DNA of 64,000 nucleotides from an uncultured Gammaproteobacteria bacterium (lineage in GTDB: Bacteria > Patescibacteriota > Microgenomatia > Levybacterales > GWA1-39-11): assembly GCA_964427615.1 (NCBI GenBank), contig CAYRUR010000002.1:81847-145846 (forward strand). Reading direction: 5' to 3'. Shown here one piece after another: positions 8,700 through 18,458 of the stretch; the stretch's first letter is position 1, and every line of letters begins with the position of its first letter. The notes under the pieces were generated by a model. It searched no databases, was not told the DNA's origin, and worked only from the letters and a program-made list of their open reading frames with translations. Position numbers and translations under genes: made by a program.

Positions 8700-9329
8700 A
8701 TGTCTTTAACAAAAATTGAAACGATACAATTAAATAAAGTAAGTGAACACGAAAAAGCAGAGGATAAATCTTTATTTGGTTTCTGGATATACCTCATGAC
8801 AGACTTGATTATGTTTGCTGTCTTTTTTGCAACGTATGCAGTACTGCATGGAAATACTTTTGGCGGACCATCAGCTAAAGAACTTTTTAGCCTCCCTTTT
8901 GCACTCACCGAAACCATCATTTTGCTTACCAGTAGTTTTACCTGTGGACTCGGTATATTGTTTGCACGAGACAACGACAAGCAAAAAACACTGCTCTTCT
9001 TTTTTCTTACCTTTCTTTTAGGAATTGCATTTTTGGGTATGGAATTAGTGGAGTTTTCCTCCTTACTGCATGAAGGACATGGATTTGGAGAAAGTGCTTT
9101 TCTCTCATCATTTTTTACGCTTGTGGGAGCGCATGGTCTGCATATTGCATCTGGTCTGATATGGCTTGGTATCTTACTGGTTTTTGTTGTAAAACGAGGG
9201 CTTACCCCTAGTATGCTTCGCAAACTAACACTTTTGAGTATTTTCTGGCATTTTTTGGATCTTGTCTGGATCTTTATTTTTACCATTGTATACTTAATGG
9301 GAGCCATGCCAAGCACAGGAGCAATGTAG
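8700..9329 (+). CDS. cyoC: quinol oxidase subunit III
   Basis: 209 aa, Cox3-like helices, GMELVEF...HGLHIASG motif; the overlapping 223-aa minus-strand ORF is rejected. Confidence 0.85.
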   Translation: MSLTKIETIQLNKVSEHEKAEDKSLFGFWIYLMTDLIMFAVFFATYAVLHGNTFGGPSAKELFSLPFALTETIILLTSSFTCGLGILFARDNDKQKTLLFFFLTFLLGIAFLGMELVEFSSLLHEGHGFGESAFLSSFFTLVGAHGLHIASGLIWLGILLVFVVKRGLTPSMLRKLTLLSIFWHFLDLVWIFIFTIVYLMGAMPSTGAM

Positions 9330-9332
9330 CAT

Positions 9333-9746
9333 ATGCAAACAACACATTCAAAAAACAATCAAATCAATAATAAAAGAAAAATCATCTTATCCTACGTTAC
9401 TGGTTTTCTGTTATCACTTATCCTAACCCTGACTGCCTACACCCTAGTCATTCTGCATCAGGGCTCATATCAAAGCATCTTTTCCTCCAACTCTCTTCTT
9501 ATTTTTATCCTGATTCTTGCCGTTATCCAACTAATAGTACAACTCCTCTTCTTCCTGCATTTAAGTCAAGAGAGAAAACCCTACTGGAACTCTGTCTTTC
9601 TCATTTCCACAGTGGGAATTATCCTCATTGTTGTTGTTGGCTCTATCTGGATTATGAGCAATCTGAGATACAACATGATGCCCCCTTCCTTAATGGATGA
9701 GCACATGATGCATGAGGAAGGAATATACCTGCAAAAAACACCCTAA
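9333..9746 (+). CDS. cyoD: quinol oxidase subunit IV
   Basis: 137 aa, three TM helices, position directly after cyoC. Confidence 0.7.
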   Translation: MQTTHSKNNQINNKRKIILSYVTGFLLSLILTLTAYTLVILHQGSYQSIFSSNSLLIFILILAVIQLIVQLLFFLHLSQERKPYWNSVFLISTVGIILIVVVGSIWIMSNLRYNMMPPSLMDEHMMHEEGIYLQKTP

Positions 9747-9760
9747 TCTTATCCATTACT

Positions 9761-10627
9761 ATGCTTCTTTCTATTAAAAAATACTATTCACTCACCAAAC
9801 CAGGCGTTTTATATGGCAACGTGCTGACTGGTGTTGCTGGTTTTTTACTGGCCAGTCGAGGCAACTTTGACTTTCTCTTGTTCTTGGCCACTATTATGGG
9901 TATGTCATTTGTTATTGCCTCTGCTTGTGTACTCAATAACTATCTGGATAAAGATATTGATAGCATTATGGAGAGAACCAAAAAAAGAGCCACTGCAAAC
10001 GGCAGCGTTGCAGGAAAAAATGCTGTCACTTTTTCTACTTTCTTGGGGTTGTTAGGATTTTTGATTTTATTCTTTTATACCAACTGGCTCGTGGTAGGTA
10101 TTGGTATCGTTGGCTTTATTGACTATGTACTGTTGTATGGTATGTTATCCAAAAGGCTATCAGTACATGGGACACTCGTGGGCAGCATCTCTGGTGCTAT
10201 GCCTATTCTTGCTGGTTATACTGCAGTAACCGGTACACTTGATATGGGAGCCATATTAGTTTTTCTCATTCTTTTCTTCTGGCAAATGCCTGAGTTTTAT
10301 TCTATTGCTATCTATCGCAGAGATGAATATAAAGCAGCAGGTATTCCGGTGGTATCAGTAGTAAAAGGAATACACAATACAAAAATGCAGATATTCTTCT
10401 ACACGTTTGCTTTTGTAACAACAACTATTCTTCTGAGTTTATTTGGGTACACGGGATATAGTTATCTACTCGTTATGCTGTTACTTGGACTGTATTGGTT
10501 GTGGCTTGCTGTAAAAGGTTTTCGGACAGCAGATGTAAATAAGTGGGCACGTCAGATGTTTCGCTTCTCACTCGTTATGTTATTGGTATTCTGTCTTATG
10601 ATTTCAATAGATGTACTTTTACCATAA
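9761..10627 (+). CDS. cyoE: protoheme IX farnesyltransferase (heme O synthase, UbiA family)
   Basis: 288 aa polytopic; NNYLDKDIDSIMERTKKRA UbiA-type aspartate-rich motif; operon position. Confidence 0.85.
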   Translation: MLLSIKKYYSLTKPGVLYGNVLTGVAGFLLASRGNFDFLLFLATIMGMSFVIASACVLNNYLDKDIDSIMERTKKRATANGSVAGKNAVTFSTFLGLLGFLILFFYTNWLVVGIGIVGFIDYVLLYGMLSKRLSVHGTLVGSISGAMPILAGYTAVTGTLDMGAILVFLILFFWQMPEFYSIAIYRRDEYKAAGIPVVSVVKGIHNTKMQIFFYTFAFVTTTILLSLFGYTGYSYLLVMLLLGLYWLWLAVKGFRTADVNKWARQMFRFSLVMLLVFCLMISIDVLLP

Positions 10628-10647
10628 ATTTATGCTATAATTTTTAT

Positions 10648-10905
10648 ATGGTATTACTGCTTCATATCATTATCGCTTCTATAAGTATTGCCTCTACTAT
10701 TTATACTGGTGTCTCTCCTTCCAAATCAAAGCTCTATGCAACCTATGCTTTAGTAGCATCTACTCTGATAAGCGGTTTTTATTTGTTATTCACCACTCCA
10801 TCTCACATGGTATCATCCTGCATGGTAGGTCTTGCTTATATTGGATTTGTGTCTTACAGCATCGTCAGAATACACCACAAACTAGCCACACAAGAAGTAC
10901 AATAA
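10648..10905 (+). CDS. small two-TM membrane protein downstream of cyoE
   Basis: in-frame ATG at 10648 within track ORF 10543-10905; hydrophobic 85 aa. Confidence 0.35.
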   Translation: MVLLLHIIIASISIASTIYTGVSPSKSKLYATYALVASTLISGFYLLFTTPSHMVSSCMVGLAYIGFVSYSIVRIHHKLATQEVQ

Positions 10906-10966
10906 AAATCCTCACTTGAAAATCTCATTATTTTAGTTCTGATAACTACACATTTTGTGCAATTGA

Positions 10967-10996
10967 TTGACACTACTAATCTTAGGGAGTTACAAT
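10967..10996 (+). promoter_or_regulatory. putative sigma70 promoter: TTGACA (10967-10972), 18-nt spacer, TACAAT (10991-10996); AGGA SD at ~11004 before ATG 11014
   Basis: sequence inspection. Confidence 0.45.
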
Positions 10997-11013
10997 GACA
11001 CTCAGGAAACCTT

Positions 11014-11919
11014 ATGCAAAAAATAATTCCCCATCTCTGGTTTGATAAAGAAGCTAAGGAAGCAGCCGAGTTTTATACTTCTTTGTTCCCAAACTCAAAG
11101 ATTACCCATGTAACAACGCTCCACGATACACCGTCTGGTGATACTGATATTGTCTCATTTGAGCTTTCTGGTCAAGACTTTATGGCCATTAGCGCTGGTC
11201 CTCTTTTTGCATTTAATCCTTCAATCTCGTTTATCCTCAATTTCGATCCTTCAAGAGATAAAAATGCTCGAGAAAACCTTGATGCACTGTGGGAGAAATT
11301 GTCTGATGGAGGCAAAGCCCTGATGCCTCTTGATACATACCCTTTCAGTGAACGTTATGGCTGGATACAAGATAAATACGGGCTTTCCTGGCAACTTATT
11401 TTATCGAATCCTGAAGGTGAAGAGAGGCCTTTTATTGTTCCATCGCTGCTGTTTGTGGGAGATGTAGCGGGCAAAGCAGAAGAGGCAACCAATTTCTATC
11501 TGTCAGTGTTTAAAAATGCAAAAAGAGGAATGATTGCCCGCTACCCTAAAGGTATGGAACCTGATAAAGAAGGCACTATTATGTTTTCTGATTTTATGCT
11601 CGAAGGACAATGGTTTGCTGCCATGGATAGTGCTCATAAACACAAATTTGCCTTCAATGAAGCAATCTCATTTTTGGTGAATTGTGAAACTCAGGAAGAA
11701 ATTGATTACTACTGGGAAAAGTTATCTGCAGTTCCTGAGGCGGAACAATGCGGCTGGTTGAAAGACAAATACGGTATATCGTGGCAAATTTCGCCAACTG
11801 TATTAGATGAGATGATGACAAAAGGTACTAAAGAACAGACCGATCGTGTGACACAAGCATTTCTTAAAATGAAGAAGTTTGATATTCAAAAACTCCAACA
11901 AGCCTACGAGGAAGAATAG
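11014..11919 (+). CDS. tandem two-domain VOC-superfamily protein (PhnB/so-called 3-demethylubiquinone-9 3-methyltransferase-like domain x2)
   Basis: 301 aa; both halves start with the HLWF / QDKYG(L/I)SWQ pattern typical of PhnB-like glyoxalase-fold proteins. Confidence 0.6.
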   Translation: MQKIIPHLWFDKEAKEAAEFYTSLFPNSKITHVTTLHDTPSGDTDIVSFELSGQDFMAISAGPLFAFNPSISFILNFDPSRDKNARENLDALWEKLSDGGKALMPLDTYPFSERYGWIQDKYGLSWQLILSNPEGEERPFIVPSLLFVGDVAGKAEEATNFYLSVFKNAKRGMIARYPKGMEPDKEGTIMFSDFMLEGQWFAAMDSAHKHKFAFNEAISFLVNCETQEEIDYYWEKLSAVPEAEQCGWLKDKYGISWQISPTVLDEMMTKGTKEQTDRVTQAFLKMKKFDIQKLQQAYEEE

Positions 11920-11928
11920 GAAAATAAA

Positions 11929-11954
11929 GTTCTTAGCATTTCTTATTCTAAGAG
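11929..11954. terminator. weak AT-rich hairpin (gttcttag-11 nt loop-ctaagag) between convergent genes
   Basis: inverted repeat read from sequence; short stem. Confidence 0.25.
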
Positions 11955-11967
11955 TGTCTCCTGTTAT

Positions 11968-12423
11968 TTATATTATATTGTATTCCTGTCTTGAGTTGTC
12001 TGGAAAGTTAACTGCATCATAAAGAACAAATTGAGTTGGTTTCATTTTATAAAAAAGATGAGGATGCTCTTTTAAGTTCATTAACTCAATAATTTTTTCT
12101 TTAGGAAATATTTTACTTTCATACAATGAAATTACTTTTTCAATATCTTTTTTGTCAGTAAGTAACTCTGCCACTCCTTGCACTTGCAATCCTCTTGGTA
12201 CATCATCTGGCGTATGAGGGAGAACTATAGCTGCTGCAACTTTTTGATTTTTTATTATCTCATCTGAATGTCTTCTCTTGGTTGAAGAAAACCAATAGAG
12301 GTTTAGATCAGAATCTGAGACAAACCACACACTACAAATCCAGGGTTGATTATTTATAGCAGTAGCAAGCTGCATGAGCGTTGCTTCCTTTAGATAGTTT
12401 TCAATTAACTTTCTTAAATTCAT
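11968..12423 (-). CDS. pyridoxamine 5-prime-phosphate oxidase-like FMN-binding split-barrel protein
   Basis: 151 aa, general PNPOx-like pattern; family-level call only. Confidence 0.5.
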   Translation of the reverse strand: MNLRKLIENYLKEATLMQLATAINNQPWICSVWFVSDSDLNLYWFSSTKRRHSDEIIKNQKVAAAIVLPHTPDDVPRGLQVQGVAELLTDKKDIEKVISLYESKIFPKEKIIELMNLKEHPHLFYKMKPTQFVLYDAVNFPDNSRQEYNII

Positions 12424-12564
12424 TTTACCCTAATGATGATGGTGATATATAAATTATCTTTCTTGCTTTTTGGGCATTTTCATCTTCCATGTAATCTGAT
12501 TATAACACTGTGTATATTGCTTAAAAAGAGATTTTACAGGAGATCCAAATAGGTAGTTTATTAG

Positions 12565-13524
12565 TCAAGTAAATGCGGGGAGGATTTCTTTTTGGTAGAA
12601 CTTAAAAAACTTTTCTTGGCTCTCCCAGCTCCCCACTTGATGCACATAAAGATAATCATACCCTGCATCAAAAAATTGCTGTATGGCTTGGATATGTTCT
12701 TCTTTATTAGGTCCCAAAGGCATGGTTTCAGGAAGATCTTCAATCGTAAGCTTTTCTACTGCAGCTTCAAAGTGCTTCGGAGAAGGAAGATCTGAACCCA
12801 AAGATCCACCCAGCATACCAGTAGGCCACTGCTCAAATACCATTTGTTTTGCCCGAGATCTATCCTCATCATAACAAACCTTTATCTGTCCGTATTTTGG
12901 TTTTCCTTTACCACCACTTTCTTCAAACGCTTCTATGAGCTTTCTACTAGGTTTGGTCGCAATAATACCATCAGCATACTCACCTGCAAGACGTGCAGAC
13001 CGACTAGTTGATACTGCCAAAAGGATAGGTACAGGATTTTTGGGAAGAGTAAACAGTTTGGCTTGCTCTACCGCATAATACTCACCAAAGTAGTCTACAT
13101 AATCACCAGTAAAAAGAGCTTTTATAATATTTATTGCTTCCATCATCATTTCCCGACGAATTTCAGGTCTTGGCCAGCCATATCCTACTATGTGCTCATT
13201 TAAATTTTCTCCTGTCCCAAGTCCTAGCATAAATCTTCCTTCCATGACTTGCCCACACGTTGCTGCTGCTTGCGCTATGGTGGTAGGATGTATGCGAATA
13301 AGCGGACAAGTAACCGCAGTACCTACTGCAAGGTTTTTTGTCTCCTGTGAAATACCACCTAGTGTTGTCCAAACAAACGGGCTTTCACCTTGTTTTGCAA
13401 TCCAGGGATGAAAGTGATCAGAAATAAAAGCAAAAGAAAATCCAACCTCTTCTGCTCTTTTGGCAAGGTTGATCAATGTTTGCGTATCATGTTCTTCACT
13501 TGATAGTGCATACCCCAATCTCAT
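12565..13524 (-). CDS. LLM-class (luciferase-like) flavin/F420-dependent oxidoreductase
   Basis: 319 aa TIM-barrel LLM signature (N-terminal RLGY...FISDHFHPW). Confidence 0.65.
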   Translation of the reverse strand: MRLGYALSSEEHDTQTLINLAKRAEEVGFSFAFISDHFHPWIAKQGESPFVWTTLGGISQETKNLAVGTAVTCPLIRIHPTTIAQAAATCGQVMEGRFMLGLGTGENLNEHIVGYGWPRPEIRREMMMEAINIIKALFTGDYVDYFGEYYAVEQAKLFTLPKNPVPILLAVSTSRSARLAGEYADGIIATKPSRKLIEAFEESGGKGKPKYGQIKVCYDEDRSRAKQMVFEQWPTGMLGGSLGSDLPSPKHFEAAVEKLTIEDLPETMPLGPNKEEHIQAIQQFFDAGYDYLYVHQVGSWESQEKFFKFYQKEILPAFT

Positions 13525-13535
13525 ATGTATCGTTC

Positions 13536-13943
13536 CTACTCAAAACCCATTTGAGCATAATGCAAAGGAGTAATACTTACGACTACCCGATTTTCCTTGT
13601 GTTCTGGATCTCCTGGATATGGTGATACTCCTGCGTAACGCTGACTTAAATGGTCTATTAACTCATGTCCTCCTTCTTTACTCATACTTGCTCTACCCTG
13701 TACTTGGATGTACTGATAGGGGTTTTCTTGATCATAAATCACAAAAGTAACTCGAGGATCACGCACCATATTTTTGTATTTTGCTCTTTCTATGGTGATA
13801 CTCACTTTAAAAACACCATCACCGTATTCAAACCATACTGGAGACATTTGAATAGAACCATCTTTACGTAATGTTGCCAACACCATAAAATTTGGCTTTT
13901 TTAAAAACTCAGTAATTTCAGGAGGAAATTTCCCTGCATCCAT
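13536..13943 (-). CDS. PPOX-class F420/FMN-binding split-barrel protein
   Basis: 135 aa; PPOX-class pattern (FMVLATLRKDGS...). Confidence 0.55.
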   Translation of the reverse strand: MDAGKFPPEITEFLKKPNFMVLATLRKDGSIQMSPVWFEYGDGVFKVSITIERAKYKNMVRDPRVTFVIYDQENPYQYIQVQGRASMSKEGGHELIDHLSQRYAGVSPYPGDPEHKENRVVVSITPLHYAQMGFE

Positions 13944-14056
13944 ACTTGTAAAATATCAGTCTAAAACGTAGACCTTACTATTGCATAAAAATAGCGTATG
14001 GAAACAGTAAAGATTACTTTAGTTGCCAGTAATCTTTATCTAGTCAGAAGTATTTA

Positions 14057-14731
14057 TTACACAGAAGTCAGCTGATGCGACATTTTGTTCTTTTTTGTTG
14101 CCATATAGCCTTTATTGACTTCATTTGGAGTAATTTCTAAGGGGACTCGTTCCAAAACTTCTATGCCATATTCACTCAGTTGTTGTATTTTGTTAGGATT
14201 ATTAGTTAATAATCGTATCTTTTCTACTCCTAAATCCTGGAGGATATCCTTTGCTACTTTATAATCACGAGCATCTATAGGAAGACCTAGCATTTCATTT
14301 GCTTCTACCGTATCAAACCCTTTTTCTTGTAAAGCATAGGCTTTTATTTTATTGGTAAGTCCTATTCCTCTTCCCTCTTGATTAAGATACAAAACAATTC
14401 CGCTTCCATTTTCTTGTATCTGCTTCATGCTCTGATGTAATTGCTCTCCACAATCACATTTCAAAGATGAGAAAATATCACCAGTTACACAAGAGGAGTG
14501 AAGACGTACCAGCTCTGTATCTTGAATATCTCCCTTTACCAAAGCCACGTGTTCTATATTATCAGACGATTTATATACCACCATCTGAAAGGTACCAAAT
14601 GATGTTGGCAAGGTTGCCTCAGCAGTACGCACAGTATCATTTTTTTTGGATATCATTGAATTAGATGCAGACATAGTAAAAAGAGTGTTAGATGTACTAT
14701 TTATACTCTCCAAAGTCTTCTGATTTGACAA
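14057..14731 (-). CDS. ribA: GTP cyclohydrolase II
   Basis: RLHSSCVTGD...CDCGEQL zinc-site motif and NQEGRGIG; track ORF overlaps upstream gene by 35 nt, true start probably an internal Met. Confidence 0.8.
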   Translation of the reverse strand: MSNQKTLESINSTSNTLFTMSASNSMISKKNDTVRTAEATLPTSFGTFQMVVYKSSDNIEHVALVKGDIQDTELVRLHSSCVTGDIFSSLKCDCGEQLHQSMKQIQENGSGIVLYLNQEGRGIGLTNKIKAYALQEKGFDTVEANEMLGLPIDARDYKVAKDILQDLGVEKIRLLTNNPNKIQQLSEYGIEVLERVPLEITPNEVNKGYMATKKNKMSHQLTSV

Positions 14732-15422
14732 AAATTGGGTCTACATTAAGTGTATTTAAGGTTTCCACTGCGCCATTTACCATACCAGCAGGACCTGCAA
14801 GATAAAAAATAGTATTTGGAATATCTTTCAGATATTTTTGAATCATGGAAGCGTCAATATACCCAGTCTCTCCCTCCCAACCATCTGATTCTTTATCCAT
14901 CTTTGTCATGGTTGGAATAAAAGTAAAGTGAGGATTTTCCTTTGCAAGTTGATATAACTCATCTAAGAATGGAGCACCTGCAACATTTCTATTAGCATAG
15001 AACAAATAAATTTCTTGCTCTGATTTTTCGTGTGTCGCTTGACGTAGCATACCTATGAATGGTGTTATACCAATCCCTCCGGAGATAAATGCAAGCGGAC
15101 GATTAGCAACTTTTGGCAATACCATAGATCCACGAGGATCAATAACTTCAACAGCCATCCCGTCTTGCGCATTTGCCAAATTCTTTTTAAATGCGGTGTC
15201 TCTCATACGAGTAGCAACACCCAAGGTAGGTTCAAAAGGAGCTGTGATTAATGAAAGGGTTCTTTCATTACCCTCTTCATCTATTTCTTGTGGATTTGTG
15301 ATACGAACAGAGATATGTTGTCCAGCAGTGTATTCAAAACCTTCTGGCTTCTCAAAATAAAAAGCCATAGTTCCGTCAGCTACTTGTTCTTTTTGTACTA
15401 ATTTTGATGTAAATGTCGCCAT
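14697..15422 (-). CDS. FNR-like oxidoreductase (FAD-binding FR-type plus NAD(P)-binding domain)
   Basis: 241 aa; SGGIGITP nucleotide-binding motif, RxYS-like FAD site. Confidence 0.65.
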   Translation of the reverse strand: MATFTSKLVQKEQVADGTMAFYFEKPEGFEYTAGQHISVRITNPQEIDEEGNERTLSLITAPFEPTLGVATRMRDTAFKKNLANAQDGMAVEVIDPRGSMVLPKVANRPLAFISGGIGITPFIGMLRQATHEKSEQEIYLFYANRNVAGAPFLDELYQLAKENPHFTFIPTMTKMDKESDGWEGETGYIDASMIQKYLKDIPNTIFYLAGPAGMVNGAVETLNTLNVDPIFVKSEDFGEYK

Positions 15423-15428
15423 GATTAA

Positions 15429-15761
15429 TTATTTTTCTTGTTCTCCCTCAATCATTTTTACGATTGAGTTTACTAATGTATCATCAGTCTTAACTTTGTA
15501 ATATACAATCTGCCCTTTTTTCTCTCGAGTAACCAAACCTGATTGCTCCAGTACTTTTAATTGTTGAGAAGTTGCTGGCATGGTCATACCCATAACATGA
15601 GCGATGTCTGTAACTTTCACATCTTCTCCATGCGTAACCATCAACAACCTAAACATCCTACATCGTGTTGGATCACTTACTGCATTAAAAATAACAGGTA
15701 ATCGGTCTTCATCAGACACAATTGCTTTTTTTATTTTTTTAATTTGCGTATCAGTCAGCAC
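15429..15761 (-). CDS. ArsR/SmtB-family HTH transcriptional regulator (GTG start)
   Basis: 110 aa winged HTH; first gene of ArsR-reductase-ribA operon. Confidence 0.65.
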   Translation of the reverse strand: MLTDTQIKKIKKAIVSDEDRLPVIFNAVSDPTRCRMFRLLMVTHGEDVKVTDIAHVMGMTMPATSQQLKVLEQSGLVTREKKGQIVYYKVKTDDTLVNSIVKMIEGEQEK

Positions 15762-15772
15762 GATATTTTATT

Positions 15773-15792
15773 AGTTGCTTATTTAAGCAACT
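15773..15792. promoter_or_regulatory. perfect 9-2-9 palindrome AGTTGCTTA-tt-TAAGCAACT 12 nt upstream of the ArsR-family gene: candidate autoregulatory operator
   Basis: read directly from sequence. Confidence 0.55.
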
Positions 15793-15925
15793 GCTTAAGT
15801 ATAGTATGCCAAAGGCAGTTTGTCAAGTACTTATTGCCATCTAATTATTTGTTCTCTCAAAATTGATATTGTGGTTATTGCAGGGAAAATCTATGAAGGT
15901 TAATAAAAGCAACTCACCTCAGTAG

Positions 15926-16411
15926 TTATGTTTTGTCAGAGGATTCATTCTCATCATCTTTTCTTTGTTGTTCTAGTAAACTAAAATCTGGTGCTTGGCG
16001 TGATAGCGCTACTGGTGGATGTTTTTCCAGGTAATGAGCAAATCTTTGATCATCTCCTTCCTCAATTTCAGGAAAACGAGTAAATATTTCTTGTCTAATA
16101 ATCTGCTGATTAAGATAATAAAAAAGTTCTTCCCACGTATCTACCGGCTCTAGTTCTAACTGAGAAGGGGTAACAGAGGTCTGTTCAAGTAAAGCATTAA
16201 AAGTATCTCGTGGAGAGGTCTTTAGTGTTTCTAACGCCTCATACGTAGCACCATAAGTACTGTACACACATTCTTCAGGCCCATAAGGCGTCTCCACTAC
16301 TTTTATTTCTTTTTCCTTCCATCGCTTCACAGCGTTTTCCACAAGTCGGTCTAAAAGACGTTTTTCTTGTTCAGAATTTTCTGGGTTTTCCCGATTTTCA
16401 ATTCCTCCCAT
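15926..16411 (-). CDS. hypothetical acidic protein
   Basis: 161-aa ORF, no recognisable motif. Confidence 0.4.
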   Translation of the reverse strand: MGGIENRENPENSEQEKRLLDRLVENAVKRWKEKEIKVVETPYGPEECVYSTYGATYEALETLKTSPRDTFNALLEQTSVTPSQLELEPVDTWEELFYYLNQQIIRQEIFTRFPEIEEGDDQRFAHYLEKHPPVALSRQAPDFSLLEQQRKDDENESSDKT

Positions 16412-16480
16412 GAGAAAACCTTATAACACAAGAATATGACAAATATGTAAGAATAAAAAAGAAAATTGTTTCAATACTTA

Positions 16481-17050
16481 CTAAGGCATAGAAGAAGGAG
16501 ATGCGGAAGGAATATTACTTGGAAGGTTTTGAGGTATATTTTTCACCTTATCATTGAACTGCTCAGACATATCAGTAAAAGTTACATCGTTTGGTACTTG
16601 TAGTAGGCTTTCATCAAAATGTTCGTTTCGGCAATTATTATCTTTTGAGGCAACCATCTCATCTACCTTTTCTGGGGAAAAAGGTTGTTGTGTATCTCCC
16701 AACGCTTTTTTATTTTCTTCAGTCAATGTAAAAATAAACCCTTTTTTTGTAGCAGGATCCCAATGATAGGAAGTATTACCTTTAACAATGGTTGCTGTGC
16801 TACTCTCCTCAGCTATTCCATTTACTCTTGCTTGTCCTTTTAAAATGTAGGCTGTGGTACGGAAATTAGCATCCTGATATTCACAAATAATATGCTCATT
16901 TACATCAACATTGATTGCCTTTGAAGTGGACTGTTCTTTATGAGAACTACTACTCTTTGGGTCGTTTTTTGACAAGAAGAAAAATCCTGCAGCAGCAACA
17001 ACAATAATTACGATAACTCCTATAATTATTTTTAGCATTGTAACTATCAT
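16481..17050 (-). CDS. hypothetical membrane-anchored protein (N-terminal TM helix)
   Basis: 189-aa ORF. Confidence 0.45.
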   Translation of the reverse strand: MIVTMLKIIIGVIVIIVVAAAGFFFLSKNDPKSSSSHKEQSTSKAINVDVNEHIICEYQDANFRTTAYILKGQARVNGIAEESSTATIVKGNTSYHWDPATKKGFIFTLTEENKKALGDTQQPFSPEKVDEMVASKDNNCRNEHFDESLLQVPNDVTFTDMSEQFNDKVKNIPQNLPSNIPSASPSSMP

Positions 17051-17080
17051 AACACAAGAATTAGGACAAAGAAAATACAG

Positions 17081-17743
17081 TTATCCCTCTATCGTTAAAG
17101 TATGTCCGTAGTCTTTCAGCCATTTGATTTGTTGTTTGTATGAAGGATTGTAATTTCTTACCTTCATCCAGAAAAATTGATTATGATTTTTTTCCATTGT
17201 ATGAGCTAACTCATGAATAACAACGTATCTGATAACAAGAAGCGGAGCCATAACAAGACGCCAATTAAATTGAAGTCTATTATCATGCGTACAAGATCCC
17301 CATTTTGATTTGGTGTCTGAAAAGGAAATATTGGTAACACTGGTATTCATTTCTGCTGCGTATTTCTCTACCTGTCTTGTAATAATTTCTTTTGCCTGCT
17401 TTATATACCACGCCGTTAATTCTTTTTCTTTACGAAAAAGAAGTGCTTGAGGAAATAGCAATTTTTCTTTTTCTACTGTCATATGGAGATAATTACCAGG
17501 CTGCAAGGTAAGAGTCTGGCCTAAAAAAAGATACTCTCCTTCTTTTCTTGCCTGCACTACCCTCTTTTTCATCTTTGCTAGATGCTTTTCTATCCAGTCT
17601 TGGCGTTCTTTGATAAAAGTATTTATTTGTTTTTCGCTTACATATTGTGGAGCTTTTAAGATAAGGGATCCGTCAGGCTCTATACGCAAAGAAATCGTTC
17701 TTCTGTCTGATCTAATAATAGTTACTTCAGAGATCTGCAGCAT
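17081..17743 (-). CDS. YgjP-like metal-dependent hydrolase (DUF45, HEXXH)
   Basis: 220 aa with VVIHELAHTMEKNH zinc-binding motif. Confidence 0.65.
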   Translation of the reverse strand: MLQISEVTIIRSDRRTISLRIEPDGSLILKAPQYVSEKQINTFIKERQDWIEKHLAKMKKRVVQARKEGEYLFLGQTLTLQPGNYLHMTVEKEKLLFPQALLFRKEKELTAWYIKQAKEIITRQVEKYAAEMNTSVTNISFSDTKSKWGSCTHDNRLQFNWRLVMAPLLVIRYVVIHELAHTMEKNHNQFFWMKVRNYNPSYKQQIKWLKDYGHTLTIEG

Positions 17744-17840
17744 AAAGGAATTCTATACTACCATATCTTTTGAAAAAGAGGGAAATCTAAAGCTCACGTT
17801 TTAAGAAAAGAAACTAAGACAATCAAAAGTGGATGAGAGA

Positions 17841-18458
17841 TTAACTTTTTTTCTCTTTTTCTCCCTTACTTAACTCAACTATTTGGCGAATAGGCGCATA
17901 CAAGGTAATAAACCATTTCCTCAGCAACTCCCACAATGGATCATCTTCCTTAACATCCCCTCGTCGTATATACCGTAGACAATTAATAGTTATCGTCTCA
18001 ATCACTGCCCACTGCATTCTTACTTGCTCATCATTTTTGAATTCTTTCCATTTTTTTGACTCAAAAAGTGCAGTTTTTAAATTATCTCTATATTCCTTAA
18101 AACGCATATCAATCAATATCTCCCACTGCTTTATATATTTTTCCTCCACCCCCGCATCAGAAAAAAGCGTCAAAAAGCCAACTACTACCTCTTTTTGCAA
18201 AAGTGAAAGAACAACTTTGTGTTCTTTTTCCCCAGTATCAATTGCGTTATCCACTTCTAAAATAAAAAGTCCGAGTACTGAGACTTCCAGTTCATTAAAT
18301 ATCCGGTCTTGCTCTACTTGATTCAAATTCTGAAACTCAACATACATTCGAAAATCTTTTCTTTGCCAGAATTCAAAAGCAGAGTTTGCTGCCATTTGAG
18401 CAAGATGTTTGCCCGCTTTACTCATCATCTTCTGTATATGGTCTTGTTGATTCTTCAT
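17841..18458 (-). CDS. hypothetical protein
   Basis: 205-aa ORF. Confidence 0.4.
   Translation of the reverse strand: MKNQQDHIQKMMSKAGKHLAQMAANSAFEFWQRKDFRMYVEFQNLNQVEQDRIFNELEVSVLGLFILEVDNAIDTGEKEHKVVLSLLQKEVVVGFLTLFSDAGVEEKYIKQWEILIDMRFKEYRDNLKTALFESKKWKEFKNDEQVRMQWAVIETITINCLRYIRRGDVKEDDPLWELLRKWFITLYAPIRQIVELSKGEKEKKS

Noticed and set aside
10543-10647. N-terminal 35 codons of track ORF 10543-10905
   Set aside because: They overlap the cyoE C-terminus out of frame. The in-frame ATG at 10648 after the cyoE stop gives a cleaner two-TM small protein.
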